NCBI GenBank assembly: GCA_963665325.3
Contig: CAXXWS020000003.1
Coordinates: forward strand, 128,001-192,000
DNA from: Alphaproteobacteria bacterium
GTDB lineage: Bacteria; Pseudomonadota; Alphaproteobacteria; Bin95
DNA: 64,000 bases
Direction: 5' to 3'
Shown here: in pieces, positions 41,429-51,021 of the stretch
Layout: each line of letters starts with the position of its first letter
Position numbering within the stretch: the stretch's first letter is position 1
Translations under genes and position numbers: made by a program
The notes under the pieces: model-generated
What the model saw: the letters and a program-made list of their open reading frames with translations, nothing else
Told to the model about the DNA's origin: nothing
Databases searched by the model: none

Positions 41429-43399
41429 ATGACCGACAACTTCCCCAACCTGTTCAGCCCGGTCGCCGTCGGGTCCTATACGCTCCGGAACCGGATCATG
41501 AACACCGGTCACGCGGCGCACCACCAGTCGGGGGACGGCACGCCTACGGAAGCCTATGTCCACTATCTGCGCGAGCGGGCGAAAGGCGGGGCCGGCCTCA
41601 TCGTCACCGCGCACACTGTGCCGGTGTACGATGGCGAGACATCCCTGTCGCTGACGAATTTCCACGACGATATCGTCCCGATTTACCAACGCATCGCCGA
41701 GGCCGTGCACGAATTCGACGTGCCGACCCTGGCGCAGCTGGGACATCGCGGTCGGCGCGTCGCCGACGATTCCGCCTTTATCGGCCGGCCGGTCGTGGCC
41801 CCCTCGGCCGTGCCGCCGCCCGATTTCTCTGTGCCGGTTTATATGCCGCACGAACTCACCACTGGCGAGGCGGAGGCCCTGGTCGGGAATTTCGCCGACG
41901 CCGCGCGCCGCATGCGCCGGAGCGATTTCGACGGCGTCGAACTAGCGGTGGGCATGGACTACCTGTTCGCTAACTTCCTCCATCCGCACGGCAACCGCCG
42001 GACGGACAAATACGGGGGCGGCACGACGGCCGAACGCATGACCTTCCTGCGCGAGACCCTGGCGGCGATCCGGTCCGAATTGGGCGCGGAGCGGATCCTC
42101 GGCATCCGCCTTTACGACGACGTGATGGACTACAGCCTCAAGCTGTCGGACCTGGTCGAGCTTGCGCGCCTTCTGGACCGGGAAAACCTCGTCGATTACT
42201 TCAACATCTGGCACGGCATCGTGCCGAGCCCGAAGCAGGGCCGCATGCACTGGCCGAGCTACTATTACGAGCCGGGCGCCTTCACCTATTTGCCAGAAGC
42301 CGTGAAGTCCGTCGTCTCGCGGCCCGTGGTCGGCACAGGGCGGATGGATTCGCCGGCCGTCGCCGAGCGCGTCCTTGCGGACGGCAAGGCCGATATCGTC
42401 GGCATGGCCAAGACGCTGATCGCCGACCCCCACTTCCCGAACAAGGCGCGGGCAGGACGGGTGGACGATATCCGCCCCTGCATCGCCTGCACCCAGGCCT
42501 GCGTCGGGCATGTGGATATCGGGCTCGGCGTGGGGTGCATCTACAACCCGGTCACCGGGCGGGAGCAGGACTGGGCCGAACTGCGCACGGCCGAAAGGAA
42601 GAAGAAGATCGTCATCGTCGGCGCGGGACCGGCCGGCATGGAGGCCGCCCGCATTGCCGGCCAGCGGGGCCACGATGTCGTTCTCATGGACCGCAACAGG
42701 CGGCTCGGAGGCCAGATCGACCTGGTCATGAAGGCGCCGGACCGGGGCAGCTTCGAAGAAATCATCCTCTGGTTCGAACGCCAATTGCCGAAACACGGCG
42801 TCGAAATCCGATTGGGGATCGAGGCCACTTTGGAAACCGTCCTGGCCGCCGATCCCGACGAGATCGTCCTCGCCACCGGCTCCACGGCATATTTCCCGGA
42901 AATCGAGGGGGTGGAGCGGTCCCACGTCTTCTCCGCCCGGGACGTGCTGGCCGGCCGCGCGGCGCTCGGAGAAAGCGTGCTCGTGGTCGATACGCTCGGG
43001 CGGGCCGAGGCCGCTACGACCGCCGACTATCTGGCGATGCGCGGGCACAAGGTCGAGCTCCTGACCGGGCTGGAGACCGTCGCCCCCTTCATGCCCTCGC
43101 CGACGCGCCACCACCTGCTGGAAAGGCTGATGAAGGCCGGCGTCGCGCTGACGACCCACACCGCGCTCTGGGAAATCGGGGAGGCCGGCGCCGAGGCATA
43201 TAATACCGTCACCTGGGAGCCCCGGACGATCGGGGGCTTCGACAGCGTCGTGTTCGGGTCCGGCGGCAAGGCCGATACAAGGCTTTACGAAGAGCTTTCG
43301 GCGCATCGTGGATCGCTTCACCCGATCGGCGACTGCTTCCAGCCGCGGGATATCGAAGTGGCGGTCGTGGATGGACACAGGGTCGCGCGCGGCCTCTGA
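41429..43399 (+). CDS. NADH:flavin oxidoreductase (old yellow enzyme barrel plus FAD domain, FadH/TMADH-like)
   Basis: RERAKGGAGLI, NRRTDKYGG, RPCIACTQAC...CIYNP Fe-S motif, GAGPAGMEAA. Confidence 0.9.
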   Translation: MTDNFPNLFSPVAVGSYTLRNRIMNTGHAAHHQSGDGTPTEAYVHYLRERAKGGAGLIVTAHTVPVYDGETSLSLTNFHDDIVPIYQRIAEAVHEFDVPTLAQLGHRGRRVADDSAFIGRPVVAPSAVPPPDFSVPVYMPHELTTGEAEALVGNFADAARRMRRSDFDGVELAVGMDYLFANFLHPHGNRRTDKYGGGTTAERMTFLRETLAAIRSELGAERILGIRLYDDVMDYSLKLSDLVELARLLDRENLVDYFNIWHGIVPSPKQGRMHWPSYYYEPGAFTYLPEAVKSVVSRPVVGTGRMDSPAVAERVLADGKADIVGMAKTLIADPHFPNKARAGRVDDIRPCIACTQACVGHVDIGLGVGCIYNPVTGREQDWAELRTAERKKKIVIVGAGPAGMEAARIAGQRGHDVVLMDRNRRLGGQIDLVMKAPDRGSFEEIILWFERQLPKHGVEIRLGIEATLETVLAADPDEIVLATGSTAYFPEIEGVERSHVFSARDVLAGRAALGESVLVVDTLGRAEAATTADYLAMRGHKVELLTGLETVAPFMPSPTRHHLLERLMKAGVALTTHTALWEIGEAGAEAYNTVTWEPRTIGGFDSVVFGSGGKADTRLYEELSAHRGSLHPIGDCFQPRDIEVAVVDGHRVARGL

Positions 43400-43439
43400 G
43401 GCCCCTGCAAGCCCGAACACCCTTGGAAGGAACCGGCAC

Positions 43440-44639
43440 ATGAAGATTACCGCGCTCGAAACCGTCAGGCTCGACGAGTTTCCCAACGTGCTGTGGGTGC
43501 GGGTGCACACGGACGAGGGGCTGGTGGGCCTCGGCGAGACGTTTTTCGGCGCCCGGGCGGTCGAGGCCTATCTGCACGAGTCGGCGGCGACGGTGGTGCT
43601 CGGCCGCGATCCGCTCGCCATCGAGCGCATCGGCCGCGACCTCACGCCCTATATCGGCTTCGCGGGCACCGGGGCGGAGGCCCGCGGCCGGTCCGCGGTC
43701 GACATCGCGCTCTGGGACCTGTTCGGCAAGGCGACGGGACAGCCGGTCTACCAGTTGCTGGGCGGCCTCAGCCGGGACCGCATCCGCACCTACAACACCT
43801 GCGCGGGCTATCGCTATGTGCGCAGCCGCCCGGACTGGGGCACGGACGACTGGGGGCTGGAGGGCGCGGACGAAGGCCCGTACGAGGACCTCGATGCCTT
43901 CCTCCACCGCGCCGACGAACTGGCGCTGAGCCTGCTGGAGCAGGGCATCACCGGCATGAAGATCTGGCCGTTCGACCATGCGGCGGTAGCCTCCGAGGGC
44001 TACTACATCTCCGCCCGAGATATCGACAAGGCGCTGGAGCCGTTCCGCAAGATTCGGGGCGCGGTCGGCGACCGCATGGACATCATGGTGGAGCTGCACT
44101 CGCTCTGGCGCCATCCGGCCGCGGTCAAAGTCGCGGCCGCCATCGAGCCCTTCGACCCCTTCTGGTACGAGGACCCGATCCGCATGGACAGCCTCTCGGC
44201 GTTGACCGACTACGCGGCCAAGACCCGCGTGCCGATCTGCGTCAGCGAGACGCTCGGCGGCAAGTGGGAGTTCCGCGACCTGCTGGAGACCGGGGCCTGC
44301 GGCATCGCCATGCCCGACATTTCCTGGTGCGGCGGCCTGACCGAGGCCCGCAAGATCGCCGCGCTGGCGGACACCTACCACCGGCCGGTGGCCCCGCACG
44401 ATTGCTCGGGGCCGGTCGCATTCATGGCCTGCGTGCACCTGTCGCTCAGCGTGCCGAACGCGCTGGTGCAGGAATCGGTGCGCGCCTTCTATGACGGCTG
44501 GTACCGGGAGCTGGTGACGACGATCCCGACCGTCGAGAACGGCTGGATCCTGCCCCCCGAAGGGCCGGGGCTGGGCACCGACCTGCTGCCCGGCCTGGAG
44601 CGGCGCAAGGACGCGCATGTGACGGTGAGCCGGGGATAG
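43440..44639 (+). CDS. Mandelate racemase/muconate lactonizing enzyme family protein
   Basis: VHTDEGLVGLGE, SAVDIALWDL, MKIWPF, WYEDP, WCGGLTEARKIA, APHDC. Confidence 0.92.
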   Translation: MKITALETVRLDEFPNVLWVRVHTDEGLVGLGETFFGARAVEAYLHESAATVVLGRDPLAIERIGRDLTPYIGFAGTGAEARGRSAVDIALWDLFGKATGQPVYQLLGGLSRDRIRTYNTCAGYRYVRSRPDWGTDDWGLEGADEGPYEDLDAFLHRADELALSLLEQGITGMKIWPFDHAAVASEGYYISARDIDKALEPFRKIRGAVGDRMDIMVELHSLWRHPAAVKVAAAIEPFDPFWYEDPIRMDSLSALTDYAAKTRVPICVSETLGGKWEFRDLLETGACGIAMPDISWCGGLTEARKIAALADTYHRPVAPHDCSGPVAFMACVHLSLSVPNALVQESVRAFYDGWYRELVTTIPTVENGWILPPEGPGLGTDLLPGLERRKDAHVTVSRG

Positions 44640-44709
44640 CGCGGGATAGTGCCGCGGGGACGGGCGTCCTATAGTCCGGCGGCGATTTTCCCGACTGGAG
44701 CGAGAATTT

Positions 44710-45426
44710 ATGGAACTCGTCTTCCGCGACGACGCCTATGCGAGGGCCTGCGATGCCGTGGTGACGGCCGCGACCCCGGCCGGCGTCGCGCTCGACCGCA
44801 CGGTGTTCTACCCGACTGGCGGCGGCCAGCCCGGCGACACGGGCCGCCTGGTGGATGAGAGCGGCGCGGTCGTCGCCGTGCTGCCGGCAACGAAGGGCGA
44901 CGGGGACACGGTTCTGCACCCCCTCCCGGAGGGCAACGCGCCGCCCCGCGTCGGGGCGAGGGTGCGGGCCGAGATCGACTGGGAGCGCCGCTACCGGCAC
45001 ATGCGCATGCACACCTGCCTGCACCTGCTCTCCGCCATCGTGACGGGCGGCGTCACCGGCGGCGCGGTTGGCGAGTCGAAGAGCCGGCTCGATTTCGACC
45101 TGCCGGACACAGCCCTCGACAAGGAGGCGCTGGACGCGGCGCTAAACGCGCTTATCGAAGCCGACCATCCCGTCGCCGCGCGCTGGATCGACGAGGCCGA
45201 ACTCGACGCCAATCCCGAGCTGGTGCGCACCATGTCGGTGCAGCCGCCGCGCGGGGCCGGGCGGGTGCGGGTGCTGGAGGTCGGCGCGAGCGTGGACCTG
45301 CAGCCCTGCGGCGGCACCCATGTCGCGCGCACCGGCGAGATCGGGCGCGTGCGCATCGGCAAGATCGAGAACAAGGGCCGGCGCAACCGGCGCATCAATG
45401 TCCATCTGGAGGAGGAGGGCGCATGA
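44710..45426 (+). CDS. AlaX-type alanyl-tRNA editing protein
   Basis: FYPTGGGQPGD, MRMHTCLHLL (HxxxH), QPCGGTHV (CxxxH). Confidence 0.92.
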   Translation: MELVFRDDAYARACDAVVTAATPAGVALDRTVFYPTGGGQPGDTGRLVDESGAVVAVLPATKGDGDTVLHPLPEGNAPPRVGARVRAEIDWERRYRHMRMHTCLHLLSAIVTGGVTGGAVGESKSRLDFDLPDTALDKEALDAALNALIEADHPVAARWIDEAELDANPELVRTMSVQPPRGAGRVRVLEVGASVDLQPCGGTHVARTGEIGRVRIGKIENKGRRNRRINVHLEEEGA

Positions 45427-46229
45427 GCGCGCTGATTTCCACCGGCGAACTGGCGGCGCGGCTGGGCCAGGTCGTCCTGCTGGACGGCAGCCACCACCTG
45501 CCGACCGCCGGCCGCGACGCGGGCGCGGAGTTCCTGGAGGCGCATATTCCGGGCGCACGCTTCTTCGATATAGACGGCGTGTCCGATCATGCCTCCGACC
45601 TGCCGCACATGCTGCCCGACGCAAAGGGCTTCGCGCTCGCCATGGGAGCGATGGGGATTACCCGAGATGACGAGGTCGTGGTCTATGACACGGTCGGCAC
45701 GACCGGCGCGGCACGCGTCTGGTGGACCTTCCGCGCCTTCGGCCACGAACGGGTAAGTGTGCTGGACGGCGGCCTGCCCAAATGGCGCGCTGAGGGCCGG
45801 CCCGTCGAGGCGGGATATGCCGCCGAAGCGCGGCCGGAGCTGGTGCGCGCGCGCGACGACATGCTGGCCAATATCGGGAGCCGCGCCGAGCAGGTGCTGG
45901 ACGCGCGCAGCGCCGGGCGCTTCGCCGCGACCGAGCCGGAGCCGAGGGCCGGTATGCGCGGCGGGCATATCCCCGGCAGCCTCAACCTGCCCTACACGGA
46001 GCTCCTAGACCCGGCGAGCCGCACTTTTCGAGACAAGGCTGCGCTCAAGGCCGCGTTCGAGGCGGCGGGGCTCGACCTGGACAAGCCCGTCGCGACGACC
46101 TGCGGGTCCGGCGTTTCGGCCGCCGTGCTGGCGCTCGGGCTTTACGAATTGGGACGAACCGATGCGGCCGTCTATGACGGCTCGTGGAGCGAATGGGGAT
46201 CGCGAGAGGACACGCCGGTAGAGACATGA
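45423..46229 (+). CDS. sseA: 3-mercaptopyruvate sulfurtransferase
   Basis: HIPGARFFDI, ARVWWTF, TCGSGVSA, YDGSWSEWG. Confidence 0.93.
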   Translation: MSALISTGELAARLGQVVLLDGSHHLPTAGRDAGAEFLEAHIPGARFFDIDGVSDHASDLPHMLPDAKGFALAMGAMGITRDDEVVVYDTVGTTGAARVWWTFRAFGHERVSVLDGGLPKWRAEGRPVEAGYAAEARPELVRARDDMLANIGSRAEQVLDARSAGRFAATEPEPRAGMRGGHIPGSLNLPYTELLDPASRTFRDKAALKAAFEAAGLDLDKPVATTCGSGVSAAVLALGLYELGRTDAAVYDGSWSEWGSREDTPVET

Positions 46230-47401
46230 AAAACGGAAAACGGCCGGACACGGTCCTGACGCATGCGGGGCGCCACCCGCATGACTATTTCGGCGTGGTC
46301 AACACGCCGGTCTTCCACGCCTCGACGATCCTCTCGCGCACGGTCGCCGAGCGGCTTGCGCCGAAGGGCCCGCGCGACCCGGCCTACGGACGGCGCGGCA
46401 CGCCCACCATGTTCACCCTGGAGGACACGGTGGCGGAGATCGAGGGCGCGGAGGGCGCGGTCATATGCCCGTCCGGCATGGCGGCGGTCGCGCTCGGCTA
46501 TTCGTCCATGCTGTCGGCCGGCGACCATGTGCTGGTGGCGGACTGCGTCTATGCCCCGGCGCGGCGCTACGCCACCGAGGCGCTGCCGCGCCACGGCATC
46601 CAGGCGACCTTCTTCGACCCCGGTATCGGCGCCGGCATCGCGGAGCTGATGCGCCCGGAAACGAAGCTGGTCTATCTGGAGGCGCCCGGCTCGCAGACCT
46701 TCGAGATGCAGGACGTGCCGGCGATCGCGGCGGCCGCCCATGCCGGCGGCGCGCGTGTGGCCATAGACAATACCTGGGCGACGCCGCTCTTCTTCAAGCC
46801 CTTCGAGCATGGCGCAGACATCTCCATCCACGCAGCCACCAAATATATCGTCGGCCATTCCGACGCGATGCTGGGCGTCGTCACCTGCGGCGACACCGAG
46901 ACGCTGGACATGGTGCGCGCCTGGTGGAACATGACCGGGCTCTGCGCCGGCCCCGACGACATCTATCTCGGCACGCGCGGCATCCGCACGATGAGCGTCC
47001 GCCTCGCCCGCCACCAGGAGAACGCGATGCGGGTCGCGACCTGGCTCCAGGAACGCCCGGAGGTCGAGCGGGTGCTCTATCCGGCGCTGCCCGACGATCC
47101 GGGCCACGCGCTCTGGAAGCGGGACTTCACCGGCGCGTCCGGCCTGTTCGGCGTCGTGCTGCAACCGGCGGACGCGGACGCCGTGGCGGCGATGCTGGAC
47201 GGGCTGGAGCTGTTCGGCATGGGCTCCAGCTGGGGCGGCTTCGAGAGCCTGATCGTGCCGAGCGACCCGACCGCCTGGCGCACCGCCACGGTCTGGAACC
47301 CCGCCGGCCCGCTGCTCCGCCTCCATATCGGCCTGGAGGACACGGACGACCTGATCGCCGACCTCGACGCCGGCTTCGCAAGGCTGAAGGCTGCGGGGTA
47401 G
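46226..47401 (+). CDS. metC: Cystathionine beta-lyase
   Basis: VNTPVFHASTI, YGRRGTPT, DNTWATP, AATKYIVGHSD, SWGGFESL, RLHIGLED. Confidence 0.93.
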   Translation: MKNGKRPDTVLTHAGRHPHDYFGVVNTPVFHASTILSRTVAERLAPKGPRDPAYGRRGTPTMFTLEDTVAEIEGAEGAVICPSGMAAVALGYSSMLSAGDHVLVADCVYAPARRYATEALPRHGIQATFFDPGIGAGIAELMRPETKLVYLEAPGSQTFEMQDVPAIAAAAHAGGARVAIDNTWATPLFFKPFEHGADISIHAATKYIVGHSDAMLGVVTCGDTETLDMVRAWWNMTGLCAGPDDIYLGTRGIRTMSVRLARHQENAMRVATWLQERPEVERVLYPALPDDPGHALWKRDFTGASGLFGVVLQPADADAVAAMLDGLELFGMGSSWGGFESLIVPSDPTAWRTATVWNPAGPLLRLHIGLEDTDDLIADLDAGFARLKAAG

Positions 47402-47421
47402 GACGGGCTTGGAGACAGCCT

Positions 47422-48108
47422 GTGACGGAGCGCGATACCCCCGGCGGGCCCGCTCCGCAGCGCAAGCACAATGAGGACCGGATGCGCCGCGCCCGTTCCT
47501 GGCTCGCACGGAGCCGGCGGGCGGGGGCAGAGGAGGTCGAGCGGTTTATGTTCCTCTGGATCGCGTTCAACGCGGCTTACGGGAACGAGGCCGCGCTTCG
47601 CGATTTCGTTGAGCGGGAGGACGAGAGAGGCGGCGAGTCCTACCGTTTCCGGACATTCCTCCGGAACATCGTCGAGAAGGACGCGAACCGGATTCTGGAA
47701 AGGATCGTCTGGGACGAGTTCTCCGGGCCGATCCGCGTGCTGCTGGCGAACCCTTATGTGTTCCGTCCCTTCTGGCGGTCAGTCTGGAGTTCGGAGCAGG
47801 ACAGGGACTGGCGGCTGAGTCTTGAGGGCAGCAAGAAGGTCGCCGGGGCGGCGTTGACCAGACGGGACATCTTCACTGTCCTCTCCGTCGTCTTCGACCG
47901 TCTCTACACGCTGCGCAACCAGATCTTCCACGGCGGCGCGACCTGGCCGGCGGGCTTCGGCAGGGACCAGATCCGGGACGGCAGCCGCATCATGGCCTCC
48001 CTCGTGCCCGCGATCCTCGACATCATGCAGGCCGACATCGAGCAGAACCCGGACTCGGAACTCTGGGGAAAGGTCGCCTATCCGCGCATCAATCCGGAGC
48101 CCGAATAG
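47422..48108 (+). CDS. HEPN domain protein
   Basis: FMFLWIAFNAAY and RLYTLRNQIFHGG (RxxxxH HEPN motif); start may be GTG 47422 or ATG 47482. Confidence 0.75.
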   Translation: MTERDTPGGPAPQRKHNEDRMRRARSWLARSRRAGAEEVERFMFLWIAFNAAYGNEAALRDFVEREDERGGESYRFRTFLRNIVEKDANRILERIVWDEFSGPIRVLLANPYVFRPFWRSVWSSEQDRDWRLSLEGSKKVAGAALTRRDIFTVLSVVFDRLYTLRNQIFHGGATWPAGFGRDQIRDGSRIMASLVPAILDIMQADIEQNPDSELWGKVAYPRINPEPE

Positions 48109-49358
48109 GCGCGGCAGCGCCCGGCGAGGTGGCGGGCGACGCTGCGGGCATCTTCGCCGACGCCGTAGAGGATGCCGGACTTGCGCCACGTCATCCAGTT
48201 GAGGCCGACGAAATAGAGGCCGGGACAGGCGCTCACACCGCCCGGTGCAACCGGATATCCCGTTTCGTCGAGCACCGGGGCCTCGATCCAGGAGAAGTCG
48301 CAGCGGTAGCCCGCGGCCCAGACCACGCTCGCGATGCCGGCCCCGGCGAGGTCGAGCTCCCGCAGCACTTCAGGCATGGCGCCGTCTTCGGGCGGGCCGC
48401 CGGCAAGCTCCTCCGGCGTCGGCGGCGGCGCGTCGATGCCGCGCTCCGCGATGTGCCGGTCGAACTCGCCGGCGATCCTCTCGCAGAACTCGTCCGCGAA
48501 GCGCATTTCCTCATGCAGCCCGCCATCGAGGCGCGCCCGCTCGCCCTCGCAGCCGATCAACCGGCCGAGAAGGCGGACGCCGCGACGGTGGACACCGTGC
48601 AGGCTGAGCGTGTAGCCGCCGTTCCGGCCGGTAAGGTGCGGGTCAGCCCGGAAGCGCATCTCAGGACTTTCGAGCATGTCCGGGGTCCGGTCGAGATAGC
48701 CCATGTCGCGCTGCCAGGCGATGCAGTCACGCCCCCGCCAGCGCCTCGGTAGCCGGCCGGCGCGTCCGACGCAAAGCCAGACATCGCGGCCCGCTTCGTG
48801 CAGTTCCTCGGCGACTTGACAGCCGGTCTGCCCGGCGCCGACGACCAGGACGCCGCCCGGCGCCAGCATGTCCGGGCGCTTGTAACCGTCGGCGGCAAGC
48901 TGCTTCAGGCGGCGCGGCAGGCGTTCGGCAACGGGCGGGACATGCGGCGCCTGGTAAGTGCCCGTCGCCACGACGACATTGCGCGCGTTGTAGCGGCCGT
49001 CGCCTGTCTCCACCTCGTATCCGTCGTCCGAGCGCCGCACGGCCCGCACCTCGACCCCGCAGCGCACCGGCGCGTCGAAGGACTCCGCCCAGCGCTCGAA
49101 ATGGCGCACGAGGTCGTCGCGCGAGAGGAAACCGTCCGGGTCGCCGCCCGTATATTCCGCGCCGGGCAACGTAATCGACCAGTTGGGTGTGACGGTGCAA
49201 AACGAGTCCCAGCGGCGGTCACGCCAGCTTGACGCGATGCTTGAGCGTTCCAGCACGACATGCCCGATGCCGAGCTCCCGGAGGAAGTAGCTGACCGCGA
49301 GGCCGCCCTGCCCGGCCCCGACGATGACAGCCTCGTAGCGCGGCGCGCGCGCCGCCAC
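48078..49358 (-). CDS. Flavin-containing monooxygenase / NAD(P)-FAD oxidoreductase
   Basis: GAGQGGL, RWDSFCTVTPNW, VATGTY, GAGQTGCQVAEEL, GLYFVGL. Confidence 0.88.
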   Translation of the reverse strand: MAARAPRYEAVIVGAGQGGLAVSYFLRELGIGHVVLERSSIASSWRDRRWDSFCTVTPNWSITLPGAEYTGGDPDGFLSRDDLVRHFERWAESFDAPVRCGVEVRAVRRSDDGYEVETGDGRYNARNVVVATGTYQAPHVPPVAERLPRRLKQLAADGYKRPDMLAPGGVLVVGAGQTGCQVAEELHEAGRDVWLCVGRAGRLPRRWRGRDCIAWQRDMGYLDRTPDMLESPEMRFRADPHLTGRNGGYTLSLHGVHRRGVRLLGRLIGCEGERARLDGGLHEEMRFADEFCERIAGEFDRHIAERGIDAPPPTPEELAGGPPEDGAMPEVLRELDLAGAGIASVVWAAGYRCDFSWIEAPVLDETGYPVAPGGVSACPGLYFVGLNWMTWRKSGILYGVGEDARSVARHLAGRCRAYSGSGLMRG

Positions 49359-49365
49359 TGCCGGG

Positions 49366-49860
49366 CTACTCGCCCGCGCTGAACTTCACGAAGTCGAGCG
49401 GCGGCGGGTCCTTGCCCGCATGCGAGAGCATGTGGTGGGTCTGCCCGCGATGGTGGATCTGGTGCTGGAACAGGTTGGTGAGGCAGCGCCGGAGCGGCAG
49501 GCTGAAATACTCCCCGGTCTCCACCGTGTCGAAGGAGAGGGTGCCTTCGAGCTCGGCCGGGTCCAGCCCGTCGGAGTAGCCGATATACCAGCGGTCCTGG
49601 GCTGTATGCGCGTTGCGGAGCGGCTCGAACTCCTCATGGAGGATCTCGTCGAGGCGGGTGAAGGTCGTCGGCTTCTTTTCCAGCCGCTCGCGGTAGATGA
49701 GGTCGGACAGCAGGATGTGGTTCAGGGTCGCGTGGATCGAGCGGAAGAAGCCCCGCCGGTCGAGAACGCGCTCCTCATGCGAAAGCTCCGCGCACGCCGC
49801 ATACAGCCGCTCATTGGCCCAGGCGTTGTAGCGCGCGGCGGTGGGTAGATCGACAAGCAT
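49366..49860 (-). CDS. DinB family protein
   Basis: YNAWANERLY, SIHATLNHIL, FQHQIHHRGQ. Confidence 0.92.
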   Translation of the reverse strand: MLVDLPTAARYNAWANERLYAACAELSHEERVLDRRGFFRSIHATLNHILLSDLIYRERLEKKPTTFTRLDEILHEEFEPLRNAHTAQDRWYIGYSDGLDPAELEGTLSFDTVETGEYFSLPLRRCLTNLFQHQIHHRGQTHHMLSHAGKDPPPLDFVKFSAGE

Positions 49861-49892
49861 GGGAAGACGTCTCCAGCCCCCGAGGCAGGGGA

Positions 49893-50909
49893 CTATACGG
49901 GTGGCATCCGCCCGGTGGCAACGCGCCGCCATGCCGAGGGCGTCCGGCCGGTCACCCGCCGGAACTCGCGGTTGAAATTGCTCTTGGTGTTGAAGCCGGA
50001 GGCCAACATCGCCTCTGTCGCGGTCGCGCCGCCTTCGAGCGCCCGGCAGGCCTCGCGGATTCTGTAGGCGTTGACGTAGCGGGAGACATTGCCGCCGGTG
50101 CTCCGGTTGATCGCGGCGGAGAGCCGCTTGACCGGGACGTGAAGCACGCGCGCCAGCCGGGTGAGCGTGAGTTCCGAATCGAGATAGAGCCGCCGACTCT
50201 CCAGCAGCGCGTCGAGCCGGGCGATAAGCGCACGGTCCTCTTCCGGGTCGTACGGTATCTGGGGAACTTTCGGGGTCGGATCGCGCTCGCTCCGGGCGAG
50301 GCTCCACACCAGGACCAGACCGCCGACCGCGAGCAGGGATGCCGAGGACCAGACGGCGACGACCCACGGCAGCCAGCCGGCCCGGCCGCCGAGCATGGCC
50401 GCTACGAACGCCACGTCCCCAAGCGCTGACAGGATGAGCGACACCGCGATAACCTTCCAGACCAGCCCGGGCGCATCGCCCGTATCGAACGGCAGACGCG
50501 GCAGGGCGTCCGCGCCGCGCCACGCGGCCGCCAGGATGGTTCCCCCATAACCCAGAAAGAGCGCCGGAATGAGCGCGTCCAGCAGCGCCGGAGCGAACGC
50601 CGACGCCGCGAGCGCCAGCGTCGGCCCGGCGAGATGAACGAGGTCGCGCGGCAGACGGGGCCGCACCACGGCGCTGAACTGGAAGGCCGCCCATGCAAGC
50701 GGCGGAATCGCCGCGGCGGTCACGGGCTGCAGCGACCTGAAGGCGGCAATCCCGTAATGTTGCGCGAGCGCGATCACCGCCGCCTGCACGGCGCACAGCC
50801 CGACAAGGGCGACGAACAGGGCGGGCCGGTCGCGGCGCAGCAGAAGAACCGCCAGCAGGAACGCCAGGACGAGCGCGGAAATGAGAGGCAAGGGCAGGCT
50901 CGGCGTCAT
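49893..50909 (-). CDS. AraC family regulator with N-terminal membrane domain
   Basis: Multiple hydrophobic helices; YLDSELTLTRLAR...LSAAIN...GFNTKSNFNREFRR. Confidence 0.88.
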   Translation of the reverse strand: MTPSLPLPLISALVLAFLLAVLLLRRDRPALFVALVGLCAVQAAVIALAQHYGIAAFRSLQPVTAAAIPPLAWAAFQFSAVVRPRLPRDLVHLAGPTLALAASAFAPALLDALIPALFLGYGGTILAAAWRGADALPRLPFDTGDAPGLVWKVIAVSLILSALGDVAFVAAMLGGRAGWLPWVVAVWSSASLLAVGGLVLVWSLARSERDPTPKVPQIPYDPEEDRALIARLDALLESRRLYLDSELTLTRLARVLHVPVKRLSAAINRSTGGNVSRYVNAYRIREACRALEGGATATEAMLASGFNTKSNFNREFRRVTGRTPSAWRRVATGRMPPV

Positions 50910-51021
50910 GGCGCCCTTTGTGGCCTAAATCCGGATGCCGGACGACCTGAAACCGGTTCGAGGACGCCCCCGCCCCTTCCGGCGCCCATGTTCGGTCGGG
51001 CTCGAACGGCATGGGAGACAA

